NCBI RefSeq assembly: GCF_009834535.1
Contig: NC_045696.1
Location: 31,002,001-31,066,000 of the forward strand
Reading direction: 5' to 3'
Source: Camelus ferus
Lineage: Eukaryota
DNA length: 64,000 nt
Of the stretch, positions 39,241 to 53,590 are shown piece by piece. The translations under genes were made by a program, and so were the position numbers. The first letter of the stretch is position 1. Every line of letters starts with the position of its first letter. The notes under the pieces were generated by a model, which was not told the origin of the DNA, did not search any database, and worked only from the letters and a program-made list of their open reading frames with translations.

Positions 39241-42200
39241 GAATGGAAATCTGTAAAGTAATATGTGACTATTAATTTCTAGATAAATCTACTATAGCTG
39301 AATTCCAAAGGTCAGAAAGCATATATCATTACTTTTTGCAACCACTTCTTTCACCTTCAGCTGCCTGATAGCCATGAAGTTGGAAACCAGGTCCTGGAAT
39401 ATGGAGTCTGGGGCCACAAACAACTAAATCTTGAGATCTTTCATTCCCTCCTCCACAGTCACAGAAAGGCGGTCTCTAACGCCACTCTCACTTTTCATAA
39501 TTCACATGAGTGCTTCTTATTTTCAGAACCAAATTTAACTTAGATTACTGTTAGCATCATAGGGGGCTATCAGATGTGTTTAATATACTTGTCCTGCTGA
39601 AGGGAAGGAATATAAAAGGTAGTGTGAAGGGATGCTGAATAACCATAAATAATATTCATCTCTGTTTCAACATGGAGCATAAAAACCAAAACCATGAAAC
39701 ACAGGGAACATAATTGAAACTTGAAGACTAGTTAAATGTAATTAACATTTTATTCCATTGTGTCTTAATTATCCAAACTAATTAACTCCAAACCTGAATA
39801 TCTTTCTCATTCATATAGAAGGGAAAATGAAAACATATAGAAAAATTTTAAATAACATACCTATTAAACTTCATTATATACTCTATATTAGAAGAATGTT
39901 AATTTATCTCAATTACAACATTTTGTATCAGGTATAATTAAGAAAAACCACAGGAAATGTTTTACAAATACATTTAAAATGAAAAAAGAAGAATATGTAA
40001 GTATATTTTCAATTGTATAGGGAGCACACAAGTAAAATTGTAATGTAAATGTATTAGCAAAATTTAAAAATAAGAATAAAACTGGAAAAAATAAAAACAA
40101 ATCAAATCTAATGTAAGCTTTCTAATGACCATGAAGAGGACAATTATTAGGCAGAGATACAATCTCATATTCTGAAAGAAATTTTTTTCTATGTTTCTTG
40201 GATAAATGTTACTTTTTCAATAAAATGTTATTTTTTTGGTTGAAAAAAATTGTTGGTTTATTTCTGTTCTATTGTTATATCTAACATTAAATAATTATAT
40301 AGTTTCATAAATGTTTCCGTATTTGTCACAGCAATGTATTGCTTAACTTTACATGTACCCATTTTGCTTTAGGAAAAGACTTTCAAAAATACTTTTTAAA
40401 ATATATAATGAGGTTCATTTCTTTTAAACAAATATGTTGAAATAATTTCTAGGTACAAGATGGAGTTGCTTTTCCCTGGATGCCACATCAACAAACAGAA
40501 ACTGAGAAAACATTCCAGAAATGCAGTATATTCGGTGAGCCAGTCCTAAAACTCCAAGGCAGTTCAGGGTCCTGTATTTTTTTCCCCTTTTTTCACCCCA
40601 AAGAAGCTTCTTGACTTCTGCCTCATTTTGAAATTTTCTCAAAGGAGACTGCCCCCATCATGAAGTGTTAAATAGTGTTTATTTGTATCACCTAAATTGT
40701 TTTTTTAAATCATTTTTTAACAAATGCCAATTTAAAAATATAAATTAATTTAAAGCAAATTTGTAATGATAAAAAGCTTGTGAAATTGTCATTTAACATA
40801 GCTCTCATTTTCAATAGAAAATCTGTGACTAAAATTGTAATTTTGATTCTGATCATGTGACATCAGAAGTAGTATAATTCTTTATCTAACATCACATGTG
40901 TATATTTTGCCCCATAGCCTTTTTTAAAAGCACATTTTAAATTATGTATTTTAGTGTTTAATATTCTTAAATGACACCAAAGATCTGAAAGTTTATTTAT
41001 AGTACATATTATTGAAATGCTAGGTTAACTATATACACATTTTAAGTAACAAGATTTTAAAATCTACAAGAGTAAACCCTAGTTTATTGAGCTTTAGTGA
41101 TTATCTACTTTGGAAAAATACGCAGGATACAGGATGAAACCCAAATAAATGATCCAATAGATATTTACTAATCATCTATTATATCCCAAATGTTATGCTG
41201 AGAACTTGTCAGTACCTAATAAATAGAAATTATAAATTTTCTCATAAACATCCTAAAATCTAGCTATAAAAATAAAATCTTGATACATAAAACAAATATA
41301 TAAGTACAAAACTTTTAATTTTCAGTAGAAATATTAATAACAAAGAAATGAAAGAAAGGAATTTACCTGATAGTAGTTAGCGGGCATTAATAAAGTAGGG
41401 ATACCCTCAGACCTCAAAGACCATGCATTTGTGTTTAATGAAATGTGCAAACAAAGGAACCAATAGAGACAATTCTTGGAATTAACTGATCATTATTATA
41501 CATTTATGCAGATTTTTGATTTCTGAAATGACACAAAGAAACTCAGTTTACTATCTTGTACTGCTGTTGTTGGATTGGATTTCCTTTTATTAATTCATAT
41601 TGTGCAATGTACAAATGCTCAAGGTTCCTAGAGATTCAATAAAATATGGGAAAACAAGTTTAAGGGTTTCACCTGACACTTAACTGGAGGAAGTTTGTTG
41701 TAGAATCTTCCATCCTCATCATCTCAAGCCTAAAACTTCATTCTGTGGACAAGAGATCACAAACCACAAGAGTGGGCACTGACCACCTCATTTGAATGTA
41801 ATTGCTGAAAGTTGCAACTCCTGGCTAGCTAGCTGAGCAAGTCTTTCTCCATTTTTTTCCAATAGAATGGAAGTAATGAATCCTACATTTCAAGAAAATT
41901 ATTTTCTTTTCCACTTGTGACATCTCTTCTGTCCAACATTTGCAAGTTTCCAAAAGACAAAATACTTTTTTAAGTAAAAGAAATATGCCTTCTACTCTGT
42001 AGTTTTAGATTAGCAATATGAAGAATTTCATCTAAAAATTACTGCATGAATAAAGCTCCTCCCACACTTGAAGATAATTTTACAAACACTTAAACAACAT
42101 GCGTCTGCACACCAAGTGTTAAAATTGTCACATATTTGATTAAACTGAATTTAAAATGCTCAAGATTCTGTTAGGTCTAATTTTAGAAAACTGTTTTTAT

Positions 42201-43209
42201 CTGCAAATTCTTTTTTCCTCAATAATTCAGCAAAAAATTTTATGCAATTTATATTTTGCATGTTGGAGGCTTGCTTTCTCCTTTGCCTTTCTTATTTTAA
42301 GTCATTTTTTAAAGTGACTATTGCCATGGAGACAGTGATATTTGGCAATATCAGCCAAAACATTTTTTAAGTTAGAAATGTGTCCAGTACTATCTGTAAA
42401 GTCATTAAATGTAAACAGTTTTACTAGCAACTTCCTACTCCCTAGATTTTCCTCTGATGATGAAATATAAGATGTGATTTCATTGAAATATGGTGGTTCC
42501 AATATTCTCTTACTTGATAAACATGACATGCTATAAATTTGTGGAGAGTGGAAAAGTTCTGCACTTTATCTCATTATTTTTTCCTTGTAGCTCCTTTACT
42601 GAGATAAAAACCTTCACTTTTCATATGCACATCTTATATCTTCTATCAGTCAAAATCAAGTTAAAACAATAAATCTTCTGTTTTATCTTTGTATGTTTAA
42701 TAAAATTTCAGAAGCAGTTTACAAATATACAAGCTTGGGTTAAATCTTTTTAAGCAATTAATTATTAAATATGTATATACACACATATATACCTCTTTAG
42801 ATCTTAATTGAAAAGTTACTTTAAAATAACATCTTATGAAATGAATTATTTAAGTATATAAGGTAAAATAAACAAAAGTTAATCAACTATGCATTAGAGA
42901 TATCACATAATTATAATTAGGTGTGATTTTCCTATAAAAATGCTTTAGAGTTTATAAAACAATAACTATTTTTGAAAATCAAATATTTTTCTTCAGAATA
43001 ATATATCTTTTATACTTCTTTTCCTAAAAATTAAAATGAATTTATTTTATAGAATTTCATGATTTATGATCCATAGTCACAAGAATATCTTCTTAAGAAG
43101 GAAAAATATTTCATAGGGGAGGAAAAGTAGTGGTGGTGGAATATCTCAAATAATCTACCACTTTATTACAGGCTTGAAAGGAGATTTTTTAAAAGCTTCA
43201 TTTTAACTT

Positions 43210-43463
43210 CTGAACTTGAGGGTATAGCAATAGAAACCCCCAACACTGAAAAAACAAAGACCACAAGGACGGGGGGAATAAAAGAAAAGAATATCCAAGA
43301 ACTGTAGTATAACTACAAAACATATAACACACACATAATGGAAATGCCAGAAAGAGAAGAAACCAAAAAATTTGAAATAACAATGACTTAAAAATTTCCC
43401 AAATTAATGTCAGCCATGAAATCACAGATCCAGAAAACTCAGAAGGCACCAAGCAGTATAAAT

Positions 43464-43503
<40 letters not shown>

Positions 43504-44957
43504 CTAGGTGTACTATTTTCAAACTATAGGAAAAAAAATCTAAAAGGACCCAGGGAAAAGGGAGGAACACCTACAGAAAAACAAGGATAAGAATTACATG
43601 ACTTGCCCTCAGAAAGTAGGCAAGCAAGAATATGACAAAATGGGATTTTTATCCCAGGTAAGCAAGATTGGTTCAACATTCAAAATTAATTAATGGAACC
43701 CACCAAATCAACTGGGTAAAGATGAATAATCACATAATCATATAACAGAATCTAAAAAAGCATTTGACAAAATCCAACAACCGTTTGTAATAAAGACTCA
43801 GTAAGCAAGGAATAGTGTGAAAACTTCTCAACTTGTTAAGAATATTTACAAAAACTAATAGTTAATATCATTCTTTATGGTAAGACACTCTAAAATTTCC
43901 CACTAAGATTAGGACACAGCAAGAATGTCCCCTTTCACCACTCCTATTCAACTTCATCCTAACACAACAATAGGAAAACAAACAACTTGATTAAAAATGA
44001 GCCTAAGAACTTGATGCCTCAGCTAGTAAGATATACAGACGGCAAATAAGCCTATAAAAAGATATTCCACATCATGCATCATTAAGTTAAATAGATTAAA
44101 ACAACAGTGAGATACCACTACACACCTATTAGAATGATCAAAATCCAGAACAGTGACAACAACAAATGTTGGAGAGGACATGGAACAATGGAAACTCTTT
44201 TTCACTACTGGTGGGAGTGTAAAATGGTACAGACACTTTGGAAGTCAGGTTGGTTGGTGGTTTCTTACAAAACCAAATATACTCTTTCCATAAGATCCAG
44301 CAATCATGCTTCTTGGTATTTACCCAGGAGGGCTGAGAACATGTCCACACAAAAATCTGCACATGGATGTTTATAACAAATTTTTTCCTATATCAAAACT
44401 TGGAAGCAACCATGATGTTCTTCAGTATGTGAATGGATAAAGAAATTGTAGTACACCCAGATAATGGAATATTATTCAAGAAATGAGTTCAAGCTATAAA
44501 AAGGCATAGAGGACTCATAATGCATGTTACTAAATGAAAGAAGCCAATCTGAAAAGGCTACATACTGTGTGATTCCAACTATACAGTACTCTGTAAAAGG
44601 CAAAATTATAGAGACACTAAAAATATCAGTGGTTGCCAAGAGGTAGAAAAGGAAAGGATGAATTGACAGAGTACAAAGGATTTTTAAGGCAGTGAATACT
44701 CTGTATGATACAATAATAAGGATACATGCCATTATAAATTTGCCCAAACCCACAGAATGTACAACACTAAGAGCAAAACCTAATTTAATCTATGGACTTT
44801 GGGTGACAATAATGTGTCAATATAGGTTCATTAATTGTAAAAAATATCACTCTGGTAGGGATATCAATAGTTAAGGAAGAATATGCACATGTGGGCACAA
44901 GGTATACGGAAAATCTCTGTACCTTCCACGCTTAAAACTATTCTTAAACAAAAAAAA
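43210..44957 (+). mobile_element. L1MC-like element with large internal deletions (ORF1 part, RT part, ORF2 C-terminus, 3'UTR)
   Basis: ORF1-like cacagatccagaaaactcagaag; RT-like tgggatttttatcccagg...ttcaacattc and aaaagcatttgacaaaatccaac; MRYHYTPIRM..KCWRG frame at 44107; 3'UTR ccaatctgaaaaggctacatactg and tatggactttgggtgac. Confidence 0.9.
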
Positions 44958-45094
44958 TTTTTCTGAAATAATTCTGTTCACACATCAGTTCTGGGGAAGT
45001 TGAACCCACTCTTCTAGCTGTGATTCTAGGAGCCATGGCTCCATACCTTTGCATGAGTACAGTGGGGATAGTTCATGGACCACAAAGTGAGAAA

Positions 45095-45945
45095 CTATCT
45101 TAGGTAGAAAAAATATTTTGAAATGGAGATTTATATGCAGGAAGTTAATGGGAGGAGTGTTCTCTGGGGGAAAAAAATGTTTTAGGGATTAATGGAATCA
45201 GGATTAGGCAGGGAAAAGGTTTAACTTGCTATAATAGCAACTGAAGGTTCAGAAAATCCTCTTGGAATCACCGCAGAGTTCCTCCAACTGGAGTGAGGGA
45301 GAGCTGTGTCTTTGAATTTCCACATCACCACACTGGATGCACGCTGCCCCTGGAGAAGAGTGTAAGGTTTGGTCAGGCAGCTATTTCCCTCCATGTGCAA
45401 TTCAACACTCTATTGGTCTTTGATGTTTCTGCTTACCTTTGTGAATAACACACTAATTCCAGTTTGTTCCTGACTATCTTCTAAAGGATGTTTCTATGGT
45501 GAACACCCTTGGAAGATAAAGATGGTATCTCCTTCTGGAGCAAAGGAATGCTTACTGTTCAGTAGAATAAAGATAATACCTCTATCTAGAGCCAAGGGCA
45601 TGCTTATCAGAAAAGATTCAAATTCACTTAGTTAAGGGTCCCTCTTATGTGATGCAACTCAACACATGTATACATATATTTCACTCTGTATGCCATGCTT
45701 TGGGAAATGGTGCTGATATATTGATTACTACAATTGTGCTGAGTAATATAGTGGCCTTTGCATCTGAATCAGGAGTCTTGTGTCTTCTACTAGTATCCAT
45801 GAAATCTTGGGCTAACTTGGTGGAGTAAAATCTCAGACCCATTGTAGTTCTTGATGGTCATTATCAGCAAGTGCACTTTCAGCAGCTGGGAAAATGGGTT
45901 CCTTGATCCTGAAAGGAGAACCTGGGCAGTGCATCTTGACATTGA
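45095..45945. mobile_element. Old ERVL-type LTR (LTR33/41-like) split by a nested LTR
   Basis: atggagatttatatgcaggaagttaatgggaggagtgttctc at the start; resumes cagcagctgggaaaatggg...cctgggcagtgcatc near 45880-45935. Confidence 0.5.
45412..45855 (+). mobile_element. Nested ERVL LTR (MER54/MER74-like)
   Basis: Internal repeat ataaagat..tctcc/tcta..gagc; ctgaatcaggagtcttgtgtcttct; end gtaaaatctcagacccattgtagttcttga. Confidence 0.6.
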
Positions 45946-47262
45946 TCTTAAGAACCATTAGGAATCTGTAAAGAAATGTTCAGGGAAGAATCAATATTTG
46001 GGATTCAGCCTGATGTTACGAAAAAGCACCAAAACATAGAGACAGAGATAGGGAGAAATAATCTAAAAAACATTGGTACACAACAATGGACAGCAAATCA
46101 TTTTTTAAAAAGATGTAAGAATTAGAATCTCAAGTGGTGAAATATGGTACTAGAATGTTGTGATTCAGCTATTGTGGGAAATGGCCTTGTGTAGGAAACT
46201 CTGGACTTAATTTAGAGTAGGGAAAATACTGTGGGGCCAGTGTTCTCTGAGAATCAAGTCATCTTTCAGAATACTTTGAATTTATAATATATAATTAATT
46301 CCACCACATAAATAAGAAGTAGTTTTTTGGTAGAAAACTGCAATCATTTTTCAGGTGTACATAAACTTAAACACAATGTTATAACAAACACAAAGAAAGA
46401 AAAAACTAAAAATATTCTATGAGGCAGCTTATTTTTTTCCTATACATGTTACAGATCTCAATTACTTAATTTCAGCAGAGATATACTACTTATTAATTGA
46501 TAAAGCAGCAGTGTTATTTTGAAAAGAATTTGTTAACTACTGAATTAATGTAAAAATCATTTTTCAGGTTTAAAAACTCATACTTTCTATTTTTTCTTCA
46601 AATGTCAATTAAGAGCTTTCTAGTTTTCAGCACTCTACTTGATATAAGACATCAAAGGGAAAATATGGCATGAAGCTCACTCAAAGCTATGGCTTAAATG
46701 AGAAAACAATCCATTGTTACTCCATGTGAAAAATGCACTGAGAAGATCTATAGGAACATCGTGGAAACAGACACTAGTTGTGCTGAGGCAGCTGCTATCC
46801 AGACACTTATCCAGACACATGACTTACACATAATCAAAATCTCAAAAATTATAATACATTAAATCATTTTTAAAAGTTATGGATCTAAATGTCAGAAAAG
46901 GGGTTAGCTTTGGAACAACACATTGTCAATTTTATGGACTATTTTTTAACTTCACTGTCTGTTCATAATAAATATTTGGGTTGGTTGGTTTTTTTCAGTG
47001 AATCTTAAAGAGGTTGAGATACTAATTCATGTTTATCCATATGAGGAGAAAACCTGTCTGCATTGATATTTGCCAATACCAAAAACTACATCCTATTTTT
47101 ATTGGCTCTAAATTTAAGCTAAACTGTGGGGAAAGAATAAATAGATCTCTGAGAAAAAGGCATTTGAACCTGAGGAAAGCCATTCATTATCTCATAGTGA
47201 AAATTCATTCATAATTACCAAATCAGAATTGTGAGGGAAGTATTATTAGTTTTAAATCCTTC

Positions 47263-47704
47263 TGATGCTTACTTAAATTTTCAGTGTCAACTCGACTGAG
47301 CCATTGGATGATCATTTTTATAGATATTATTCTGGGTATGTTGGTGAGGGTGTTTCCAGGTGAGACTCACATTTGAATAGGTAGACAGTCAAGCAGCTGG
47401 CCCTCCTAAATGTCAATGTCTCCTTCAACCAAGTGAGGACCTGGATCCAGGAACAAAAAGGATGAGTAAGAGGGAACTCCTTCCGCCCAAGTGCTTGAAC
47501 TAGGACATCCTGCCCTCGGTCTAGAGCTTACACCATCAGCTCTCCTCAACTTGGACAGAAACTACACCACAGGCTTTCCTGGTTCTCTAGGTCTTTTTGA
47601 GTAGAGATCTTGAGACTTCTCAGGTTCCAGAATCATGTGACCCAGTTTCTTATATGTGTGTGTATACATACAGACACACACACACACACACACATATATA
47701 TCCT
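47263..47704 (+). mobile_element. MLT2 (ERVL) LTR with internal (CA)n
   Basis: gtgtcaactcgactgagcca, gtgagggtgtttccaggtgagac, gagtaagagggaactcc and aatcatgtgacccagtttctta. Confidence 0.85.
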
Positions 47705-47834
47705 CCATCTACACTCCCCACCTTATTCAGAATATTTCAATGTGTAAAATGTATATTCATTCTAAAAAGTCTGCAGTTCTCAGAAAATAACAGACAGATA
47801 AAAAAATTTGACACAGATGTTGAAGTCAAAGAGA

Positions 47835-48009
47835 TGGTGTGCTGATAAATATTTAATAGCCAGCTGTCCAAAGAAGGCAGAGGGACTGATTGGAAATTTT
47901 TGCCAATTTCCATGGAGTAAAATCTGCCACAAAGGTTGTTTCATATAGTAGTGTAACATCACAGAAGGCAAATTTCTGAGAAAATGTTAGCCAGCTCCGG
48001 CACACTATT
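47835..48009. mobile_element. MER63-like hAT DNA transposon
   Basis: Imperfect terminal inverted repeats tggtgtgctg and ccggcacacta; internal tttgccaatttccatgg. Confidence 0.65.
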
Positions 48010-49139
48010 AGTGAAACATACATACAAAGCAAACATTATGCTTGCAACTGTAAAAAAGAGTGGATGTTTCAAAGGATGATGTTTGTTGCTTTTAATAGAC
48101 AGCTGTAGAATTGATTATAACAGATTTCTAATTTGGGATGAGTTGCATCAACTAACCTTCAATTTACCTGAGTGACTTTTTTTCAGTGAATGTATTCTTC
48201 CAATTTGAAATACATTTTTTAATGTTATTAATTTATTAACCCATAAAAACAATGGTTTCTTGCAACATTGCACATTAAAAACATTCTGTATTTTCATTAT
48301 TCACCCTCTTTACTGAGTCTCCCATTTTTAACTAAATATTTTCTGGATAAATATAATATTTATGCCTCAAAAAAAGGCAGAAAAAATACAAAGTTCCATT
48401 TCCATGACTATGTCTTGCTCTTTTTATGCTAAAACAGGAAGCTTTAAGTGAGAAATTATAAGACCAAAATATTTTGCTTAATCTCATGGAAGTGGCGCTA
48501 AGATATGTGAGACCTTGATTCTTAAAATTATGTCACATGAAATTTTACACCAGTTACTTAGTAATAGAATGTATTTACTTCACTTGTAGCCAACATATAA
48601 TACTAGTATAATAGTGTTAATATAATCACAGAGGAAAAAAAGTGTTTAATCCTTATTTTTGAATTCAGTGCATAACAGCACCATTTTAACCTACCTTTCA
48701 ACATCGTTCCAGACTTCTTTGTTACCATTCTCCTGCAAAGAGAGGGCTGACCTATTTTCAAGGCTGCACTACAGATTGTATATGCAAATGTCATCTTTGC
48801 TGTATTATGTTCAGGATCTGCAAGTGCTAATGCATAGATCCTCTCTCACAGAGCTGAAGAGGTTGCACTATGCATTATACTGTAATATAATTATTTTTCA
48901 TCTCTATCAGAACACATGTGTAGCCTCGATGAAGTTGAGAAAACCCAGGAACCACCAAAGAAATCAATTATAGACTCTTCTTGCAGAGGAAAACTTTTAC
49001 ATTGTTTGTTGGCTGATGCCCAGTTCCTGTGAAGAATACACCTCTTCACCTCAGATAAAGGAGAACGCTCTAAGAGTGGCACACTTGACACTTGGTGATT
49101 TTCTTTTAAAAACATATAGAGGCCTTTATTTTAATTACA

Positions 49140-49950
49140 GATCTCGTATTTTCTAGGGACACCGAAGAAATTGACAAGGGCTCAGAGACGAAGACTCTGT
49201 TTGAAAAGTAGAATTGATAATAAATAACTCCGAATTACAAAGCAACCCTAATTTTAAATTCCACTGCTATGTGTTCTGGAGATAAGCGGTGTTTCAATTA
49301 AATTTAGTCTTGAGATGTTTTGTTAAAGGTGTTTTGTGTCTTACTCTAGAACATTCTGCACAGGTAATATCAGTAACTCCATAAATCTCTTTTCACTTAC
49401 ATTGAAAGTTTGAATTTAAGCCATGTTCTCTGAGGTAAAGGGTCAGGGGTTTTATCCACTAAGCCACCAAACCCCTCAGTTCAAGTACTTTTGAGTCCTG
49501 GTATTTCTTTGTGACAGAAGACACTCATGAGGAATTATGCGCTGTGCCCGAGGGTGAAGAAAGCAAAAGAAAGACAACCTTATTAGGAGTACATGTGCTG
49601 CCGCCCGACAGATTTTGACCTTCACAATGACACAAAGGCAAAGATGAATGCAAAAAACCTCCACTGCCGTTAAACATTGTAACGAGACAATCTTTAGAAC
49701 CTCCGAAGAAAAGAAAAGAAAAAAAGAAAAGAGGGAAAATGTTTATCAACACAAGGAGGACGAAAGCAAATGTAATACTGGTCTGAGAGAAATAGAGAAA
49801 AACTCAGAGATATAAAAAACTTTAAAAATTGAGAGTTAAAGAAGATAGTAAGGATACGAAATATGAAATGATTGGGAATCCCTGCATGATATTGTCTGAT
49901 GTTGTTTGCCTCCCATGAATGGTTATGTGGTCAACTAAACCGCTTTTCTT
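49140..49950. promoter_or_regulatory. Candidate cis-regulatory or conserved non-coding element
   Basis: No repeat recognised; about 15 CpGs by hand count; SOX-like motifs at 49623, 49632 and 49675. Confidence 0.35.
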
Positions 49951-51448
49951 ATTTTGAAAACAGGAATCATTAGTATTCTCCAAATAAAAATTTATGGACA
50001 GGATACTTTTCAGATTACTTTTTAAGAGTTTTTTCTGATTGGAAAATAAATATACCAAGATTCAACCAACAAAAAAGATACAAGCCAATACAGAAAGTGC
50101 TACTCATTTAATTATGTTTTGATCTTAAATTCAGTGTGTGTGTCTATGTGTGTTATGGCAGGGGGGAGGTATTATTTAAAAAAAAAAAAACTAGTAAAAA
50201 CCCACTTGGTACCCTAAGTTCCATGTTGAGCAAACAGCATTTGCGTGGTAGAATTACAACCAGAATAACTCTTTTGTTTAGTTTTAAGTGAAAGATACAG
50301 TCACCCCTCTGTCTTTTCACTTTTACTAAGGAAATACACTAGACCTCTATCCTCATTAGCAGAAAGTTGTCTCGTCTTCCCTGTCCTCTCACAGTTTTGC
50401 CCAAAGCATCGTGGCTTGTGTCTCCTGTGTAGTCTATTCTAAAGTGGTTTAATTCTCCTTTCAAAGACCAGGGAGGAGACAGCATAGAAAGCAAATGCAA
50501 CTATTGCTTCTCAAGCAGATTCCTTGTGAGCAGCTTCCAGTTACAACTGCTAATGGTAGTATCTCAAAGGCCTATTATCATCTCTTAATAGAGAAAAAAA
50601 AAAAATGAGTAAATCAAACCACCATATAAGTTAAATTATTCTAGAAAAATCTAACATTTAACATTTAACATGATTTACTTTATTCAAATTAATATGTAGT
50701 TTTTAAAAATCCTCGTCTGTTCTTATTATGAAGTTTCTAAAGAACATAAATGGTTCTTAATTTTCATTTTTAAAATTACAACACCAATTATATTTAAATT
50801 TAGGATACATGTAAATTGTACTCTATCATAATTTGTTAATGAAATTTTAAATTATTGAAATCATACTCATTAAGAAGAGAAATTAACTTTGTATAATTGC
50901 TCAAAGGCCAAGTTTCCCAATCATAATTATTGGCTTAATATATATATCAGTTTTCTTGCCATAAATACAGAAGCTATACATCTGTAAATTTAAAAGGTGC
51001 ATGTTAATACCAGGACATAATTTCAATACAGATGATCCAAAACTTCCATGTAAATTTGCACAAATATATTTATTTTCTGTTCACTCTTGAGGTGACATAA
51101 GAAATGGACAGATACTTCTTCATACTTATTATATAATGGCTCATAGGTAGTTTTTAAAAAGAGATATAGAAGTAGCTGCTGACTAGAGTAATCCAGATTG
51201 ACTATCAACTGATGAGCACTATATGTGGATATATTCTCTCATTCTTTGATTATTACTCTTTCACTATTCTGTATCAAAGTAAATGCATTGTATTTCATGA
51301 GTTAACCAATAGGGTGGCGGATCCATATCTCTCTCTCTTCATGACATTTGCATCTTTATGTAGGCAGTATTTCCCCCAATCTTCATCTGAATTATCCTAG
51401 ATAAATGTAGCCCTGCCTAAACTAAATAACTAAATCAAATTTTTGGGA

Positions 51449-51698
51449 AGTGGGTCTCAAATCGTAGCCTGAAACCAGAACTGCCTGAAAGGCCTAGGAA
51501 AGCAGATTTCTGAGCTCCATCTCCAGAGACAGTGACTCAGTCGACTTGGGGTAGAGCTCAAGAATTTGAATTACTCAGAAATCCCCAATGGTGCTAATAT
51601 TGCTATTAACAGAACCTCATTTTGAGAAACACTAGGGAATCTGTGTTTTTAACAGTTTCTGGGTGATTTTCATGATTAGCCAAGATCAGGAAGCATTG
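51449..51698. mobile_element. MER5-type hAT-Charlie remnants
   Basis: gcagatttctgagctccatctccagaga...tggggtagagctcaagaatttg...cattttgagaaacactag, followed by a second partial copy. Confidence 0.75.
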
Positions 51699-52242
51699 TT
51701 ATAGGATTGAGCTCTACCTAGACTCTTTCATGCCTGCTACCATCTCAGCCTGTCCCGCCCTATTCCCACATCTGTTCCTGCCACATTCTCGTCTATATCT
51801 AACAATGGTATTTCTTTGAAGCGTAATTTAGCACAACCCAGAAATTGGAATCTGAAGAAGTGAATTACTTCTTTCTTCACGTGGTATGAAACACTTTCAC
51901 AGTATTTATGAGACTACAACTTCGATTTAACATACCATCTCTTCCCTGATGATGGTTACAAATGTAAATGCCTGAAGGACTAGGAAGACAAAATAAATGG
52001 GATGGATAGGTTGGAAGGATAGTTTGGTGAACTGGTTGGCCCATGTCCTGTTGAAAAGAAAACACAGTCCTCTCCAGTTAACTATTACTATAAAAGAATA
52101 TGTGCCTAATATTTACAAGTGATGATTTTTGTTTGTTTGTTTGAAGAGAAGAATAAAATGTAGATGTGTGTGGAGGTATAAATGAATGTTCAGTGAATGA
52201 AAATAACATAATTAGAAATTTGATCTAATAATCTATGTTTTT

Positions 52243-52941
52243 CATAAACTTTACTTTAGACTAGTTTTAGATCCTTTAAATTGCAAAGATAGCAGAGTTC
52301 CCATATGCTCTTCATTATTTTTATTTTTAACATCTTATATTTTCATGATCTATTTGTTACAACTCTGGAGCCAAATTTAGTCTATTACTCTTATCTAAAC
52401 TCTGCAACTAATTCAGAATTCACTAGCTTTTTCCTAATGTTCTTATTTTGTTCCAGAATCCCATCCAGGACAGGTTATATTTAATTGTTATGTCTCCTTA
52501 GATTTCTTTTGGCTGTGACATTTCTCAGAATTTTCCTGATTTTTATAACTCAAGAGTTTTAAGGAGCACTGGTGAAGTATACAATGTGATTTAATTGGGG
52601 TTCATCTGTTGTTTTCCACTGGGGTGTAAACTAGGGTTCTATGATTGGGAGGAAGACAACAGAGGTAAAGTACTATGCTCATCACTTTAGCTGGAAGTAC
52701 ATACTAACAACGGGGCTCTTCATTGAGGATGTTAAAGATTACTTGCCTGCAGCAGTGTTTGCCAGTGTTTTCCACTGTCAGGTTACCCCTGCTCTCTTTG
52801 TATAATCTACACTTTAAAAAGAAGTCACAAAGCAGAACCAACACTCAAGAGAGGAAAGAGCCAGTCCGCCTCACTGAGGGTGAGGTATCTTCATACATCA
52901 TCTGACATTCATCTATAAGAGATTTACCTAGTCTCCCTCAT
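52243..52941 (-). mobile_element. L1MC-like 3'UTR
   Basis: gcagagttcccatatg, tgttccagaatcccatccagga, gaggaagacaacagaggtaaagt and agtgtttgccagtgttttccactgt. Confidence 0.82.
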
Positions 52942-53424
52942 AACAATAAAATTTTAATAATAATATCTTTAAATAAATAATAACCAAAAAAGCATTTTTA
53001 ACATAATATGACATATAAGAAAGTATACTATTTTTCATTTTATTCTATTGGAATAATCTTGATAATCAAAAGACAACTTTCTAAATTCTCATACTCTGTA
53101 ACATCTTTTACAAATGTGGCTTTTAAAATTGGGTGCATATTGATGAAATAGCACAATCAGGAATGATCTAGACATTGCAGAGGAAGAAGCACAAGCCTGA
53201 ATGAGTTAGTAAAGCAAATCTTCTCTGGGATAAAGCAGGATAATGTAAGGCTTTGAAAGGCATGTAATATGCAAGGGCCAAGGATAAACAATGCACATTG
53301 CATTTGATTGACTCAGGCCTACTTAATATATTGAAGACTCCAACAGCTAGCCGTATTTTTAGATTTTCTTTTCTATGGTAAACAAATAGACAAAGAACAA
53401 TAATAAAGAGAATAATACAATTTT

Positions 53425-53590
53425 AGGCCAGGAAAGAACCTCAGCCATCATTAATTTAATAACCTCATTTCGTATAAGGAAATGTTTAATCTGGAAATGT
53501 TGAAAGACTTGCATTGTGGTACACAGCTATTCAAGGAGTAAATAGCATTATCCTCCATTTTTCTTACTCCTAAGTCAGTGCTTTATTATT
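53425..53590 (-). mobile_element. MIR SINE, decayed
   Basis: aacctcatttcgtataaggaaa...aagacttgcattgtggtacacagcta...tactcctaagtcagtgcttt. Confidence 0.55.

Noticed and set aside
44107..44376. 89-aa ORF as a functional gene
   Set aside because: It is a decayed L1 ORF2 C-terminal remnant that loses similarity partway through.
48911..49032. Possible coding exon after ttatttttcatctctatcAG
   Set aside because: No convincing donor before the stops and no recognisable peptide.
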